A program made the translations under genes and the position numbers. A stretch of DNA of 36,958 nucleotides from Anaerolineae bacterium. Lineage in GTDB: Bacteria > Chloroflexota > Anaerolineae > B4-G1 > DUEL01. Each line of letters opens with the position of its first letter. The stretch's first letter is position 1. This document shows positions 25,693 to 35,760 of this stretch, piece by piece. The notes below the pieces were generated by a model that saw only the letters and a list, made by a program, of their open reading frames with translations, was not told the DNA's origin and ran no database searches. The stretch spans positions 1 to 36,958 of the forward strand of contig JBDOIF010000024.1 in the NCBI GenBank assembly GCA_041082215.1, given 5' to 3'.

Positions 25693-26386
25693 AGATCGGG
25701 CCGAACAGCCCTTCCTGCCACACCCGGACCCGGTCCTGCTTGATCAGCTCCAGCACCGCCAGGAGGGTCACGATCACCTCCACGCGGCTGGTCAGCTCGG
25801 AGAGCACATCCTGGAAACGGATGCGCCCCTGCCGGGCCAGCCGCTCCTGGATGTGGGCGACCTGCTGGGCGATGGTGACGGTGATGCGGGAGATGACCTG
25901 CTCCACAGGAGGGGCGGGCCGCGCATCCAGCGCTTCCTGAGCAGCGGCCAGCAGCCCTTCCAGCGTCACTTCACCCAGGTCGTACCAGGCCGGCGCGGCG
26001 ATATCGGGGTTCACCCGGACATAGGCCCGCCTTCCCTCCTCCTCCCACCGCGCCAGTTCCTGGGCCGCCTGCTTGAAGCGACGGTACGTCTCCAATTGCT
26101 GGACCAGGTCGGCGGCGATCTCGTCTACCTCATCCTTCACCGTTCGATGGTCCGGCAGCAGCGTCCGGCTCTTGATCAGCACCAGCTTCGCCGCCACCAC
26201 CAGAAAGGCGGTCAGGTCCGCTATCCCCCGCTGCCCCATCTCCTCGATCACCGCCAGGTACTGGTCGGTCACCTGGGCCAGGGAGATGGCGGTGATGTCC
26301 AGCTCCTCCCGTTCGATCAACTGGAGGAGCAGGTCGAGCGGTCCCTCGAAGACCGGCAGACGGACCGGGTAGGCAGCCAGCAACAC
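25613..26386 (-). CDS. scpA: Segregation and condensation protein A (kleisin)
   Basis: FEGPLDLLLQLIE, VTDQYL, FLVVAAKLVLIKSRTLLP, VIVTLLAVLELIK..Q.GLFGPI. Confidence 0.95.
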   Translation of the reverse strand: MLLAAYPVRLPVFEGPLDLLLQLIEREELDITAISLAQVTDQYLAVIEEMGQRGIADLTAFLVVAAKLVLIKSRTLLPDHRTVKDEVDEIAADLVQQLETYRRFKQAAQELARWEEEGRRAYVRVNPDIAAPAWYDLGEVTLEGLLAAAQEALDARPAPPVEQVISRITVTIAQQVAHIQERLARQGRIRFQDVLSELTSRVEVIVTLLAVLELIKQDRVRVWQEGLFGPIFIEGKEPEAAPPDAPGPAPELLPPHL

Positions 26387-26427
26387 TTTGTCTCCTTACG
26401 CTGTTTCTCTGTATTCTCCGTGGTTCC

Positions 26428-26799
26428 CTACCGGGCCACCACGAAGGCAATGGCGTATTCCCGTGTATGGGAGAGGCTCACTGCCCACTCGGTGAGGCCC
26501 AGCTCCGCTGCCCGCTCGGCGGCAGGGCCGTGCAGCGTGACCTCGGGCCGTCCCCGCCAGTCCCCCAGCACCTCCACATCCCGCCAGCCGATGCCGTCGG
26601 GGGCCAGCATCCGCATCCCGACCCCCAGCGCTTTGGAGACGGCCTCCTTCGCCGCGAACCGGGCTGCCAGCTCCGGCACCCGTCCCCGGGCGTAGGCCCG
26701 CTCGGCAGGGGTGAAGACCCGTTCCAGAAAGCGGTCCCCGTACCGGGCCAGCGCCCGCTCGATGCGGGGGATCTCGACGAGGTCAACTCCTACAACCAT
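26428..26799 (-). CDS. acpS: Holo-[acyl-carrier-protein] synthase
   Basis: [28 protein letters not shown]. Confidence 0.97.
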   Translation of the reverse strand: MVVGVDLVEIPRIERALARYGDRFLERVFTPAERAYARGRVPELAARFAAKEAVSKALGVGMRMLAPDGIGWRDVEVLGDWRGRPEVTLHGPAAERAAELGLTEWAVSLSHTREYAIAFVVAR

Positions 26800-26815
26800 A
26801 GAGCTTGTTGCTGGT

Positions 26816-28087
26816 TTACTCGTTACCGGTTGGGGGGCCGGCGATAGCGAGGGCGTAGGCGTCGGGATCGAGCCAGGCCCGGGCCGCCGCCAGCACCCGC
26901 TCCGGCGTGATCTCCCGGATCAATCCTTCGTACCGCTGAAGGTAATCCAGCCCCAGGTCGTACAGCTCCATCTCCAGGATCGCCCGCGCCACTCCTTCGT
27001 TGGTCTCCAGCCGGATAGGGAGGCTTCCCACCAGGAAGGCCTGGGTGTCGGCCAGCTCGTCCAGTCCCACCGGCTCCTGGGAGATGCGCCGGATCTCGGC
27101 GCGGATGCTCTCCAGCGCCTTTTCCACATTGGTCGGATTGACGCCCGCAATGGCGGTCCAGGGGCCAGGACCCGGCCCGCCCTCGATCCGGCTGTAGGAG
27201 TAGTAGGCCAGCCCCTGCTCGTCCCGGACCCGGTCTCCCAGCCGCCCCATCATCCCGAAGACCCCCAGGATCGTGTTGCAGACCATCGCATCCAGGAAGG
27301 CCGGGTCGGTGCGGGCGGGGCCGGGGTAGCCCAGCACAATGTCCGCCTGGGTCTTGCCGGCGATAGGGACGAACTTGTGGACAATCTCCTGAGGACGGGG
27401 GGCGGGGGGAAGGGAAGCCCGCGTCGGTACCGCTCCCTTCCAATCGCCGAAGACGGCCTCCACCTGCGCCACTGCCTCCTCGGCCGTTACCGCCCCTACG
27501 ATGGCGACGACCATTCCCTGCGGGCCGTAGCTGTTCTGGTAGAAAGAGACCAGGTCGTCGCGGGAAATGCGAGAGACCGTCTCGATGTAGCCCGCGCTGC
27601 TGCGACTGTAGGGGTGTCCTTTGGGATAGGCCAGCTCGCGGAAGACCAGCGCCGCCATCCGGCGCGTGTCGTGGGCGCGCTCTTCCAGGTCGGTGAGGAT
27701 CTCTCCCCGCAGTTTTTCCACCTCCTGAGGGGGGAAGACCGGGTTGCGGAGCACATCCGCCAGCACATCCATTATGAGAGGGAGGTCCTCAGCCAGGCTC
27801 TTGGCCCCGAAGCTGGTATGGTGGATACCTGCCGAAACGCCAAAGCTGGCCCCGACCGATTCCACCTCTTCGTAAATCTGGTCGAAGCTTCGACGGGCCG
27901 TGCCCCGCGAGAGGGCGGAAGCGACAAAGGACGCCAGCCCGGCCTGCTCGTCCGCCTCGTCGTAAGAGCCGACCTGCAGGTAGCCGCTCACCACCACCGA
28001 CGGACTGGCATGGTTTTCCCGCACCAGCACCACAATGCCGTTGGGCAACTCCCGTCGCACGATGTCTTCTGGCCCTGGAATGGACAT
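26816..28087 (-). CDS. M16B peptidase, non-catalytic subunit
   Basis: [23 protein letters not shown] (no HxxEH), VRDEQGLAY (R/Y pair). Confidence 0.9.
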   Translation of the reverse strand: MSIPGPEDIVRRELPNGIVVLVRENHASPSVVVSGYLQVGSYDEADEQAGLASFVASALSRGTARRSFDQIYEEVESVGASFGVSAGIHHTSFGAKSLAEDLPLIMDVLADVLRNPVFPPQEVEKLRGEILTDLEERAHDTRRMAALVFRELAYPKGHPYSRSSAGYIETVSRISRDDLVSFYQNSYGPQGMVVAIVGAVTAEEAVAQVEAVFGDWKGAVPTRASLPPAPRPQEIVHKFVPIAGKTQADIVLGYPGPARTDPAFLDAMVCNTILGVFGMMGRLGDRVRDEQGLAYYSYSRIEGGPGPGPWTAIAGVNPTNVEKALESIRAEIRRISQEPVGLDELADTQAFLVGSLPIRLETNEGVARAILEMELYDLGLDYLQRYEGLIREITPERVLAAARAWLDPDAYALAIAGPPTGNE

Positions 28088-28101
28088 ATAACCTCCTTAG
28101 G

Positions 28102-28129
28102 CAATGATCAATGAGCCAATGACCCAATG
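28102..28129. repeat. CAATGA short repeats with nearby inverted TCATTG copies
   Basis: caatgat caatgag ccaatga cccaatga; complementary tcattg at about 28152-28166. Confidence 0.65.
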
Positions 28130-28159
28130 AGTATTTGCCGTAGCTTGTTGTTCATTGGT

Positions 28160-29431
28160 TCATTGTTCATTTGGAACATACCATCCGACGGTGGCGTTGG
28201 ACCGGCGGAGGTATTTCTCCGCCACGCGGCGCACCTCTTCCAGCGTCACCGCACCCAGCCGATCCAGGTACTGTTCGAACCAGAGATAATCGGCGAAGAC
28301 CTCGCTCCAGCCCAGCCAGAAGGCCTGGCCAGTGACCGACTCGCTGGAGTAGGCGAACTGGGCCTTGGCCTGTTTGATCGCCTTGCCCAGCTCCTCTTCG
28401 GTGATCGGCTCAGCCATCGCCCGCTCCAGCTCGACCCACAGCCGTTCCTCCACCTCCTGCGGCGTGCGGCCTGCCCGCACGGTGGCGGTGAGGGAATAGA
28501 CGAAGGGGTCCACGGTGGGGATCAGGCTGCCGGAGACCTGAGCGGCCAGCTCCGTATCCACCAGCGCCCGGTAGAGGCGGGAACTCTTGTTGGTCCCTCC
28601 GCCCCCGAAGATGGTCATCCCGCTGGCGCCGGTGAGCACCGAATCCAGAACGACCAGCGGGTAGAAATCGGGGTCGGTGGCGGGCGGGGCGTGGAAGACC
28701 AGTGTCAGGTAGGCGGTGTAGCCCTCCCCTTCCAGAACGACCCGCCGCTCACCGTGCTGGGGCGGCTCTGCGGGCCTGTGGGTGCGGGGGAGCTCCCGTG
28801 GGGGGATCGAGCCGAAGTGCTCGCGGATCCGTTCCAGCATCTCCTCGGAGCGGAAATCCCCTACCGCCACCGCCACTGCATTGTTGGGGACATAATAGGA
28901 GCGATAATAGCTGTAGAGGTCCTCCCGTGTCATCCCCTCCAGATCGCACATATGCCCCAGGGTCTCGTGGCCATAAGGGTGGACGCGGAAGGATGCAGCC
29001 ATCACCTCTTCGCCCAGCAGGAAGAGGGGATCGTTCTCCGCCCCCTGCCGCTCGCTGATGATCACTGTCCGCTCCGACTCCACCTCCTCCGGTTCGAAGA
29101 GCGCGCCGGTCATCCGGTCGGCCTCGATCGAAAGCTCCAGCTCGATCTTGTCGGCGGGGAGAGTGGCGTAGTAGGTGGTGAAGTCGTACCAGGTGGCCCC
29201 GTTCCACATCCCCCCCTCGCGGGAGATAGCCTTGTCGGCGGTGCCCTTGGGCCAGCGTGGGGTGCCCTTGAAGAGCATATGCTCCACCCAATGGGAGATG
29301 CCGGTGATGCCGAGATGCTCCCTGCCGCTGCCCACCCGGTACCAGATCCAGAAGCTGGCGACAGGAGCGGTATGGACCTCCTTCAGGAGGACGGTCAGCC
29401 CGTTATCCAGCCTTGTCTTGAAGACGCTCAC
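28160..29431 (-). CDS. M16B zinc peptidase, catalytic subunit
   Basis: WYRVGS, GISHWVEHMLFKGT (HxxEH), NGAT..D.T.Y, SER.VIISER. Confidence 0.95.
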   Translation of the reverse strand: MSVFKTRLDNGLTVLLKEVHTAPVASFWIWYRVGSGREHLGITGISHWVEHMLFKGTPRWPKGTADKAISREGGMWNGATWYDFTTYYATLPADKIELELSIEADRMTGALFEPEEVESERTVIISERQGAENDPLFLLGEEVMAASFRVHPYGHETLGHMCDLEGMTREDLYSYYRSYYVPNNAVAVAVGDFRSEEMLERIREHFGSIPPRELPRTHRPAEPPQHGERRVVLEGEGYTAYLTLVFHAPPATDPDFYPLVVLDSVLTGASGMTIFGGGGTNKSSRLYRALVDTELAAQVSGSLIPTVDPFVYSLTATVRAGRTPQEVEERLWVELERAMAEPITEEELGKAIKQAKAQFAYSSESVTGQAFWLGWSEVFADYLWFEQYLDRLGAVTLEEVRRVAEKYLRRSNATVGWYVPNEQ

Positions 29432-29466
29432 CTGTGACCTCCGTGTCTTTGTGGCAATCCGAAACC

Positions 29467-30780
29467 TTATGGCCCCTCGCCGTTATAACCCCGGCCGACC
29501 CCTCTGTAGATGAAGCCCAGGGTCCGCACCATCTCCGGATCGTAGATGTTCCGGCCGTCAATCAACACCGGCCGACGCATCAGCTCCCGCACCCGGGCCA
29601 GATCGAGATGCTTGAACTCGTTCCAGTCGGTCACCACCACCAGCGCGTCGCACCCCTGGGCCAGCGTATAGGGATCGGGGGCCAGTTCCACCTCTGGAAG
29701 CAGCCGACGGGCGTTCTCCATTGCGGCGGGGTCGTAACCCCGCACCCTTGCGCCCTCGGCGATCAGGTAGTGGGAGATGGTAATGGACGGAGCCTCCCGC
29801 ATGTCGTCGGTGTTCGGTTTGAAGGAGAGCCCGAGCAGCCCAATTGTCGTCCCGTGGAGATCGCCCAGCACGTCCCGGAGCTTGCGGACGATCATCCGGC
29901 GCTGGTCCAGGTTGATGTCCATCACAGCGTGGAGCAGTTGGGGGTGCCGGCCGTGGATGGCGGCCATATGGGCCAGCGCCTTCACGTCCTTGGGGAAGCA
30001 GGAGCCGCCATAACCGATCCCGGCGTCGAGGAAGTGGGGGCCGATGCGGGGGTCGTACCCCATGCCGGTGGCGACCTCTTTCACGTCGGCTCCCAGCGCC
30101 TCGCAGATATTGGCGATCTCGTTGATGAAGGAGATGCGGGCGGCCAGGAAGGCGTTGGAGGCATACTTGATCATCTCTGCCGTGCGCAGATCGGTGATCA
30201 TAATCGGGGCGCGAAGGGGAAGGTGGAGCTGGGCTACTTTCTCCGCCGCCTCCCGGTCCACCGAACCCAGGACAATGCGGGCGGGGTTCATGAAGTCGCT
30301 GATGGCGGAGCCTTCCCGGAGAAACTCAGGGCAGGAGACGACGGAGAATTCCACCTCATTTCCCCGCCGGGCGCGGATGATCTCGGCAACCCAGTCGCCG
30401 GTCCCTACAGGCACGGTGGACTTGTTGACGATGATGATGGGATGGTCGAGGACGTCGGCGATGGACTCGGCCGCCATACGGACGTACCGCAGGTCGGCCT
30501 CTCCGTCCACCCCTTCCGGCGTGCCCACGGCGATGAAGGCGAACTCGGCCTCTTTAAGGGCCTCGGCGTAGGAGGTGGTGAAGGAGAGCCGTCCCGCCCG
30601 CTTGTTCCGCTCGACCATCTCCTCCAGCCCCGGCTCGTAGATGGGCATAATGCCCTGCTTGAGCTTCTCGATCTTCTCTTCACTGATGTCCAGGCAGACC
30701 ACCCGATTGCCCAGGTCGGCAAAGCAGGCCCCGGTGACCAGGCCCACGTAGCCGACGCCGATGACGGTGATGTTCCTCAT
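29467..30780 (-). CDS. ugd: UDP-glucose 6-dehydrogenase
   Basis: [57 protein letters not shown]. Confidence 0.96.
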   Translation of the reverse strand: MRNITVIGVGYVGLVTGACFADLGNRVVCLDISEEKIEKLKQGIMPIYEPGLEEMVERNKRAGRLSFTTSYAEALKEAEFAFIAVGTPEGVDGEADLRYVRMAAESIADVLDHPIIIVNKSTVPVGTGDWVAEIIRARRGNEVEFSVVSCPEFLREGSAISDFMNPARIVLGSVDREAAEKVAQLHLPLRAPIMITDLRTAEMIKYASNAFLAARISFINEIANICEALGADVKEVATGMGYDPRIGPHFLDAGIGYGGSCFPKDVKALAHMAAIHGRHPQLLHAVMDINLDQRRMIVRKLRDVLGDLHGTTIGLLGLSFKPNTDDMREAPSITISHYLIAEGARVRGYDPAAMENARRLLPEVELAPDPYTLAQGCDALVVVTDWNEFKHLDLARVRELMRRPVLIDGRNIYDPEMVRTLGFIYRGVGRGYNGEGP

Positions 30781-30962
30781 ACAGACTGCTCCTGTTTAGA
30801 AAGTGCTGGTGTAGAGCAGGCTTTTGCACCTTGACAAGTTATTACGCCAGTGGCCGGACAGCCCTCACCTCTCCCCCCCACCCCCTCCCCAGCCTGCCCT
30901 ACAAACAGGGAAATGATACCACAAAGCAGGATTTGCTCCAAATGGCACGCCATCTGACAGAG

Positions 30963-30999
30963 AAAAGCGCACGCCCCGGATATCCCGTAAGCGTGCGCT
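30963..30999 (-). terminator. Rho-independent terminator downstream of tRNA-Pro
   Basis: AGCGCACGC/GCGTGCGCT stem followed by a T run on the minus strand. Confidence 0.7.
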
Positions 31000-31002
31000 G
31001 CC

Positions 31003-31080
31003 TGGTCGGGGCGAGCGGATTTGAACCGCTGACCTCACGGACCCGAACCGTGCGCGCTGACCGAACTGCGCTACGCCCCG
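31003..31080 (-). tRNA. tRNA-Pro(CGG)
   Basis: Reverse complement CGGGGCGTAGCGCAG...CACGG-TTCGGGT-CCGTG...GGTTCAAATCC...CGCCCCGACCA; cloverleaf with encoded CCA. Confidence 0.97.
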
Positions 31081-31092
31081 ATAGACGGTTCT

Positions 31093-31120
31093 ATTATAAC
31101 CGATCCGGTCGTTTTGGCAA
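31093..31120 (-). promoter_or_regulatory. Promoter of tRNA-Pro
   Basis: Minus strand TTGCCA, 16 nt, TATAAT. Confidence 0.7.
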
Positions 31121-31142
31121 GGCCGGTTTCACAAATGGAGGC

Positions 31143-31237
31143 GTAGGGGCAACCGGCAGGTCGCCCCCCGTAGGGGCAACCGGCAGGTCGCCCCCCGTAG
31201 GGGCAACCGGCAGGTCGCCCGAAATGGTCGCCCCCAC
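31143..31237 (+). repeat. GTAG-type REP-like palindromes, 27-bp tandem x3
   Basis: GTAGGGGCAACCGGCAGGTCGCCCCCC at 31143, 31170 and 31197 (last truncated), plus a trailing half copy GGTCGCCCCCAC. Confidence 0.9.
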
Positions 31238-31315
31238 CGTGGGAGTGGTCAGTCCTTCCATTTTGCGCTATAATCTGATTGACGCGATGAAACCGGAAGC
31301 CGGGGAGAACCTGAG

Positions 31316-34204
31316 ATGTCCAAGCCCCTCCGCGTCCTGATCCTTGAGGATCAGGCAGATGATGCCGAACTGATCGTGTTCCAGCTCCATCGGGCCGGAT
31401 TCGATGTCGAATGGACGAGGGTGGATACGAAGGGGGACTTCCTCGCTCACCTGGACCCCCAGCTCGATCTGATCCTCGCCGATTACCACCTGCCCTATTT
31501 CAACGCGCTGGAGGCGCTTCAGCTCCTGCAGAGCCGCGGCCTCGACATTCCTTTCATCGTCGTCACGGGAGCGGTGGGCGAAGAGGCGGCCGTGGAATGT
31601 ATGAAATTCGGCGCATACGACTATCTGCTGAAGGACCGACTGACACGGCTGGGACCCGCAGTGCAGAGCGCTCTGGAAAAGAAAAGGCTCCGCTCCGATA
31701 AGCAGCGGGCGGAGGAGGAGCTGAGGGAGCTGGAGCGAATTGTCAACTGTAGCCCGGCCGTCGTCTTCCTCTGGCAGGCGGCTGAGGGATGGCCGGTGAA
31801 GTTCGTCTCCGAAAACGTCCAGCAGTTCGGCTATACGCCGGAAATGTTCTACAACGGCCGCCTCAGCTACGCGTCCATTGTCCATCCAGAGGACCTGGAA
31901 CGGGTGGCCGCTGAGGTGGCGCGGTACAGCGCGGAAGAGGGGCGGGAAGGTTTCGAGCAGGAATACCGCATCCTCACCAGCGACGAAAAGGTCCGCTGGC
32001 TCCACGACTACACCCGGATCCGCCGGAATGAAGATGGCCACATCACCCACTACCAGGGCATCGTCCTGGATGTTACCGAGCAGAAACGGGCGGAGGAAGC
32101 CCTGCGGGAGAGCAGCGACAGATTCCGCTCCCTGGTCGAGCACTCTCACGCCGGCATCCTCATCGTGGACGAATCGTACAGGTTCGTCTATGTCAACGAC
32201 GAACTGTCTCGAATCCTCGGCTACCCGCCGGAGGAGATCGTCGGAGAGGACTTCCGCAAGTTCCTCGACGAGGAGAGCAGAGAGCTGGTCGCGGACCGGT
32301 ACGTCCGTCGCCAGCGGGGGGAAGAGGTCCCCTCCTGCTACGAGTTCAACGTGGTCCGGAAGAACGGGCAGAAACGACGGGTGGAGATCCGGGTCAGCGT
32401 GATCACCGACCCGCAGGGAAATGTGCGGACGATCGGCCAGTTGCTGGATATAACGGATCGGAAGCGGGCTGAGGAGGCGCTTCACCATTACATCGAGCGG
32501 CTCACCACCCTGCGCGAGATTGACCGGGCCATCCTGGAGGCCCAGTCGCCGGAGGAGATCGCCGAAGCGGCTCTGATCCGCCTGCGAAGGCTGATCCCCT
32601 GCCAGCAGGCCTGTGTGATGTTGTTCGACCCGCCCACCAGTGAGCTGGAAGTGCTGGCCGTCCATATGAACGGCGAGACGCAACTGGGGACCGGGAAACG
32701 GATCCCGTTCGAAGCTTCCCGATTGGCCGGGACATATATCGCTGGGGACCTGGAAACTCTCCCATCGCCAGGGCCGCTTGAGGAGATGCTGCTGGCAGAG
32801 GGGATACGGGACTTCCTGAGCGTGCCGTTGATCGCCCAGGGCCATCCCGTCGGCCTGCTCAGCGTGGGGGCGGCGCGATCCCACAGCTTCTCTTCTGAAC
32901 ATGCGGAGATCGCCCAGGAGGTGGCCGATCAACTGGCGGTGGCTATTCAGAACGCCCGGCTCCTGGAAAGGGAGCGGCGGCGGGGGGCGGAGCTGGAGGC
33001 CCTGCGTCAGGCCAGCCTCCATTTAACCTCCAGCCTGGAACCCAAACCGGTCCTGGAAGCGGTCCTTGAGCATGCCCTCCGCCTGGTTGTCGCCGACGAC
33101 GCACATATTTTCCTTTACGACGGGGATCAGCTCACCTTCGGAGCTGCCCTGTGGGCGGGGGAACTGCAACAGGAACCCTTCGCCGAACCCCGTCCGGAGG
33201 GGCTGACCTATACGGTCGCCCGGACCGGCGAGCGGATGGTCGTCTCCAACGTAGATGAGCATCCCCTCTTCCAAAGCTGGAAGTGGGGTGGCGCGATCCT
33301 CGGACTGCCGTTGCGGGTGAGGGACCAGGTCGTAGGGGTGATGAACATCGCCTTCAACAGGCCCCACAACTTCACGGAGGACGAGCTGAGACTGCTGGAG
33401 CTCCTGGCCGACCAGGCGGCCATCGCGATTCAGAACGCCCGCCTGCACCAGCAGGTGCGCCGCCACGCTGAGGAACTGGCCGTCGCCCTGGCCCGCCTGC
33501 AGGAGCTGGACCGAATGAAGAGCGAGTTCATCCAGAACGTCTCCCATGAGCTCCGTTCCCCCCTGGCGCTGATCCGCGGGTATGCAGAGCTGCTGGATAA
33601 GGGGGAGCTGGGGGAGCTGGAACCTCAACAGCATGGTCCGATCGGGATCATCACCCGGCGGGCGCAGATGCTCAGCGAGCTGGTGGAGGACATCACGCTC
33701 ATCCTGGGGGCAGAGGCCCGTTCGCTGGAACGGGAGCCGGTGGCGCTGGACAGGCTGGCTCAGACGGCGGTCGAGGATTTCCGGGTTGTGGCCAGCGAAG
33801 CGGGATTGACGCTGGAGACGGAGTTCGCGCCCGACCTGCCACCGGTAGGCGGGGAAAGTATCTACCTGCGCCGCGTGCTGGACAATCTGCTCGGCAATGC
33901 GGTGAAGTTTACCCCTTCAGGGGGGAGGATCACCGTGCGGCTCTGGCAGGAGGGTGGGAATGTCATCCTCCAGGTGGCCGATACCGGCATCGGCATTCCG
34001 CCCGAACACCGCGACCGCATTTTCGAACGGTTCTATCAGGTAGATGGGAGCACCCGCCGCCGGTACGGCGGCATGGGCCTGGGATTGGCGCTGGTCAAAG
34101 AGGTCGTGGAGAAGCTGGGAGGAAGCGTCGGCGTGGAGAGCGAGGTGGGAAAGGGCACCACCTTTACCGTCATCCTCCCCGTCTTTCCTGAACCCGCCGG
34201 GTAA
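31316..34204 (+). CDS. Hybrid sensor histidine kinase (REC-PAS-PAS-GAF-GAF-HisKA-HATPase)
   Basis: ILEDQ..DLILADY..YDYLLK receiver; PAS/PAC units ending DVTE and DITD; two GAF domains ending AIQNARL; VSHELRSPL; NAVKFT, DTGIGI, GLGL. Confidence 0.96.
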   Translation: MSKPLRVLILEDQADDAELIVFQLHRAGFDVEWTRVDTKGDFLAHLDPQLDLILADYHLPYFNALEALQLLQSRGLDIPFIVVTGAVGEEAAVECMKFGAYDYLLKDRLTRLGPAVQSALEKKRLRSDKQRAEEELRELERIVNCSPAVVFLWQAAEGWPVKFVSENVQQFGYTPEMFYNGRLSYASIVHPEDLERVAAEVARYSAEEGREGFEQEYRILTSDEKVRWLHDYTRIRRNEDGHITHYQGIVLDVTEQKRAEEALRESSDRFRSLVEHSHAGILIVDESYRFVYVNDELSRILGYPPEEIVGEDFRKFLDEESRELVADRYVRRQRGEEVPSCYEFNVVRKNGQKRRVEIRVSVITDPQGNVRTIGQLLDITDRKRAEEALHHYIERLTTLREIDRAILEAQSPEEIAEAALIRLRRLIPCQQACVMLFDPPTSELEVLAVHMNGETQLGTGKRIPFEASRLAGTYIAGDLETLPSPGPLEEMLLAEGIRDFLSVPLIAQGHPVGLLSVGAARSHSFSSEHAEIAQEVADQLAVAIQNARLLERERRRGAELEALRQASLHLTSSLEPKPVLEAVLEHALRLVVADDAHIFLYDGDQLTFGAALWAGELQQEPFAEPRPEGLTYTVARTGERMVVSNVDEHPLFQSWKWGGAILGLPLRVRDQVVGVMNIAFNRPHNFTEDELRLLELLADQAAIAIQNARLHQQVRRHAEELAVALARLQELDRMKSEFIQNVSHELRSPLALIRGYAELLDKGELGELEPQQHGPIGIITRRAQMLSELVEDITLILGAEARSLEREPVALDRLAQTAVEDFRVVASEAGLTLETEFAPDLPPVGGESIYLRRVLDNLLGNAVKFTPSGGRITVRLWQEGGNVILQVADTGIGIPPEHRDRIFERFYQVDGSTRRRYGGMGLGLALVKEVVEKLGGSVGVESEVGKGTTFTVILPVFPEPAG

Positions 34205-34214
34205 AGCGCCACTC

Positions 34215-35510
34215 TCAGCCCGCCTCGCCTCTTTTCCCCAGAGCGAGGCCCCTGATCACCAGCCAGCCACCGGCAAATCCCAGCAGGCCGAGGACGGCCA
34301 GCCCTGCGATCTGGGCGATCAGTTGCCCCGGCCCGTCGCCGATGAACCCTGGGGCTGCCAGGAACCCGGTCACCCCCTGCCCGACGACGGTCCGGTACTC
34401 CTGAAGGCCGACGCCGTTCCACCCCTGTCCCCACCGTCCGTCGGCAAAGAGGGCGACGGCCAGCAGACCCCATAATCCCGGCAGGGTCGTCGTCGCCACG
34501 GCGGCCGTGCCGTCGTCGAGCCGCAGCCGGCGGTCCGTCAGATAGATGGAGAGGGGGAGGAGCAGCCCGGCCAGGGCGCCGACAACGAGGGACGCCCACG
34601 GGGGCAGGAAGGGGGCTCCCGCGGAGACCGCCACCAGCCCCGCCACACCTCCCCGGGCGACCATCAGCGGGTCGCCCTGCCCCTGGACCAGCCAGCAGTA
34701 CCCCAGGCTGGCCAGCGTCGCCGCTGCGGCCGCCAGCAGCCCGTTGACCGCCACCCGCCCGGGGTCCACCGCCGCGCCGGCCACGTGGAAGGGGGCTCCC
34801 AGCGACCATCCCAGCCAGCCCACCAGCGTCAGGAGCGCGCCCAGGTTGGCCAGCAGCGGCAGATGGGCAGGGGGCATCCGGGCCGGCTCTGCGGCGGGCG
34901 GCCTGCGCCCCAGCGCCAGCAGCCCCCCCAGCGCCACCGACCCGCCCAGCAGATAGACCACTCCGCTTCCGGCGTAGTCCACCAGCCCGTGGCCCCGCTC
35001 CACCGTCCGCCCCAGCGCGGCCAGCCACCCCCCACCCCACACCCAGCAGGCGGCGAGGGGGAACAGGATCGAGGCCACCACCAACCCCAGAAACGAGGTC
35101 TGCCAGCCCCGCGCCCGCTCTGAAAGGCTGAGCGTCGGCAGGAGGACAGCGGTGGCAACCATCGGGAGGTAGGTGGCGAAAAGGACCAGCGCCTCGGGGG
35201 TGTCGGCGTCGCCGGTGAGGGCAAAGCCGTCCAGGCCGATCACTCCCCAGTACAGCCCTGCCTCCACCCGATAGCCGACGAGCCGGTCCAGCCCGGCCAG
35301 GCCGGGGAGGTCGGAGACCACCGCCGCGCCGCCCAGGTGGAAGGCGAAGCCCACGGCGAAGTAGCCCAGGGAGGCCAGCGCCAGCGCCACAAGCCCGCGC
35401 GTCGCCGCCCGGTGCGCCCGGTCCGGCTCCATCCCCCCCCACCCCAGCAGGAAGAAGCCGACCGGAACCAGATAGCCCAGGACCAGAGGTAGCCAGGTCT
35501 CGGTTGCCAT
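34215..35510 (-). CDS. Ammonium transporter (Amt) family protein, atypical
   Basis: SLSER, WVWGGGWL, DYAGSGVV, GLVAVSAG, LDD..A; about 11 TM helices; both pore histidines substituted. Confidence 0.85.
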   Translation of the reverse strand: MATETWLPLVLGYLVPVGFFLLGWGGMEPDRAHRAATRGLVALALASLGYFAVGFAFHLGGAAVVSDLPGLAGLDRLVGYRVEAGLYWGVIGLDGFALTGDADTPEALVLFATYLPMVATAVLLPTLSLSERARGWQTSFLGLVVASILFPLAACWVWGGGWLAALGRTVERGHGLVDYAGSGVVYLLGGSVALGGLLALGRRPPAAEPARMPPAHLPLLANLGALLTLVGWLGWSLGAPFHVAGAAVDPGRVAVNGLLAAAAATLASLGYCWLVQGQGDPLMVARGGVAGLVAVSAGAPFLPPWASLVVGALAGLLLPLSIYLTDRRLRLDDGTAAVATTTLPGLWGLLAVALFADGRWGQGWNGVGLQEYRTVVGQGVTGFLAAPGFIGDGPGQLIAQIAGLAVLGLLGFAGGWLVIRGLALGKRGEAG

Positions 35511-35561
35511 TGTCGCCCCCGTGGAGTAAAATGATATCCGGTTGACCGCAGACAGGTTTCC

Positions 35562-35590
35562 ATCTTACCAGACTCTTTCGTTTTCGCCAA
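35562..35590 (-). promoter_or_regulatory. Putative promoter of the Amt-like gene
   Basis: Minus strand TTGGCG, 17 nt, TAAGAT. Confidence 0.4.
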
Positions 35591-35640
35591 ATCAGGGATG
35601 GAATGTAACTGCCTACCCCGGGGATTAATCGCTCCGCCTG

Positions 35641-35733
35641 GCCCTCACCCCACCCCCGCCCGCCTGCGGCGGGCACCCCTTCCCCTCTCCCGCCGCGCGG
35701 GAGAGGGGAGGGGGCAGGGAGAGGGGTGAGGGC
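35641..35733. repeat. GC-rich REP-like nested hairpin
   Basis: GCCCTCACCCC...GGGGTGAGGGC termini enclosing CCCGCC.GC.GGCGGG and CCCCTCTCCCG..CGGGAGAGGGG stems. Confidence 0.8.
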
Positions 35734-35760
35734 CCAAACTATCACCAGGTAGGTAGTACG

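Noticed and set aside
26816..28087. M16 gene lacking HxxEH as a pseudogene
   Set aside because: Catalytic plus non-catalytic heterodimer pairs are normal for M16B peptidases.
31003..31080. tRNA-Pro as an integration site for the recombinase
   Set aside because: No duplicated tRNA 3' end was seen, and the gene is about 22 kb away with housekeeping flanks.
31143..31237. CRISPR array
   Set aside because: The 27-bp units abut with no unique spacers, and there are no cas genes in the window.
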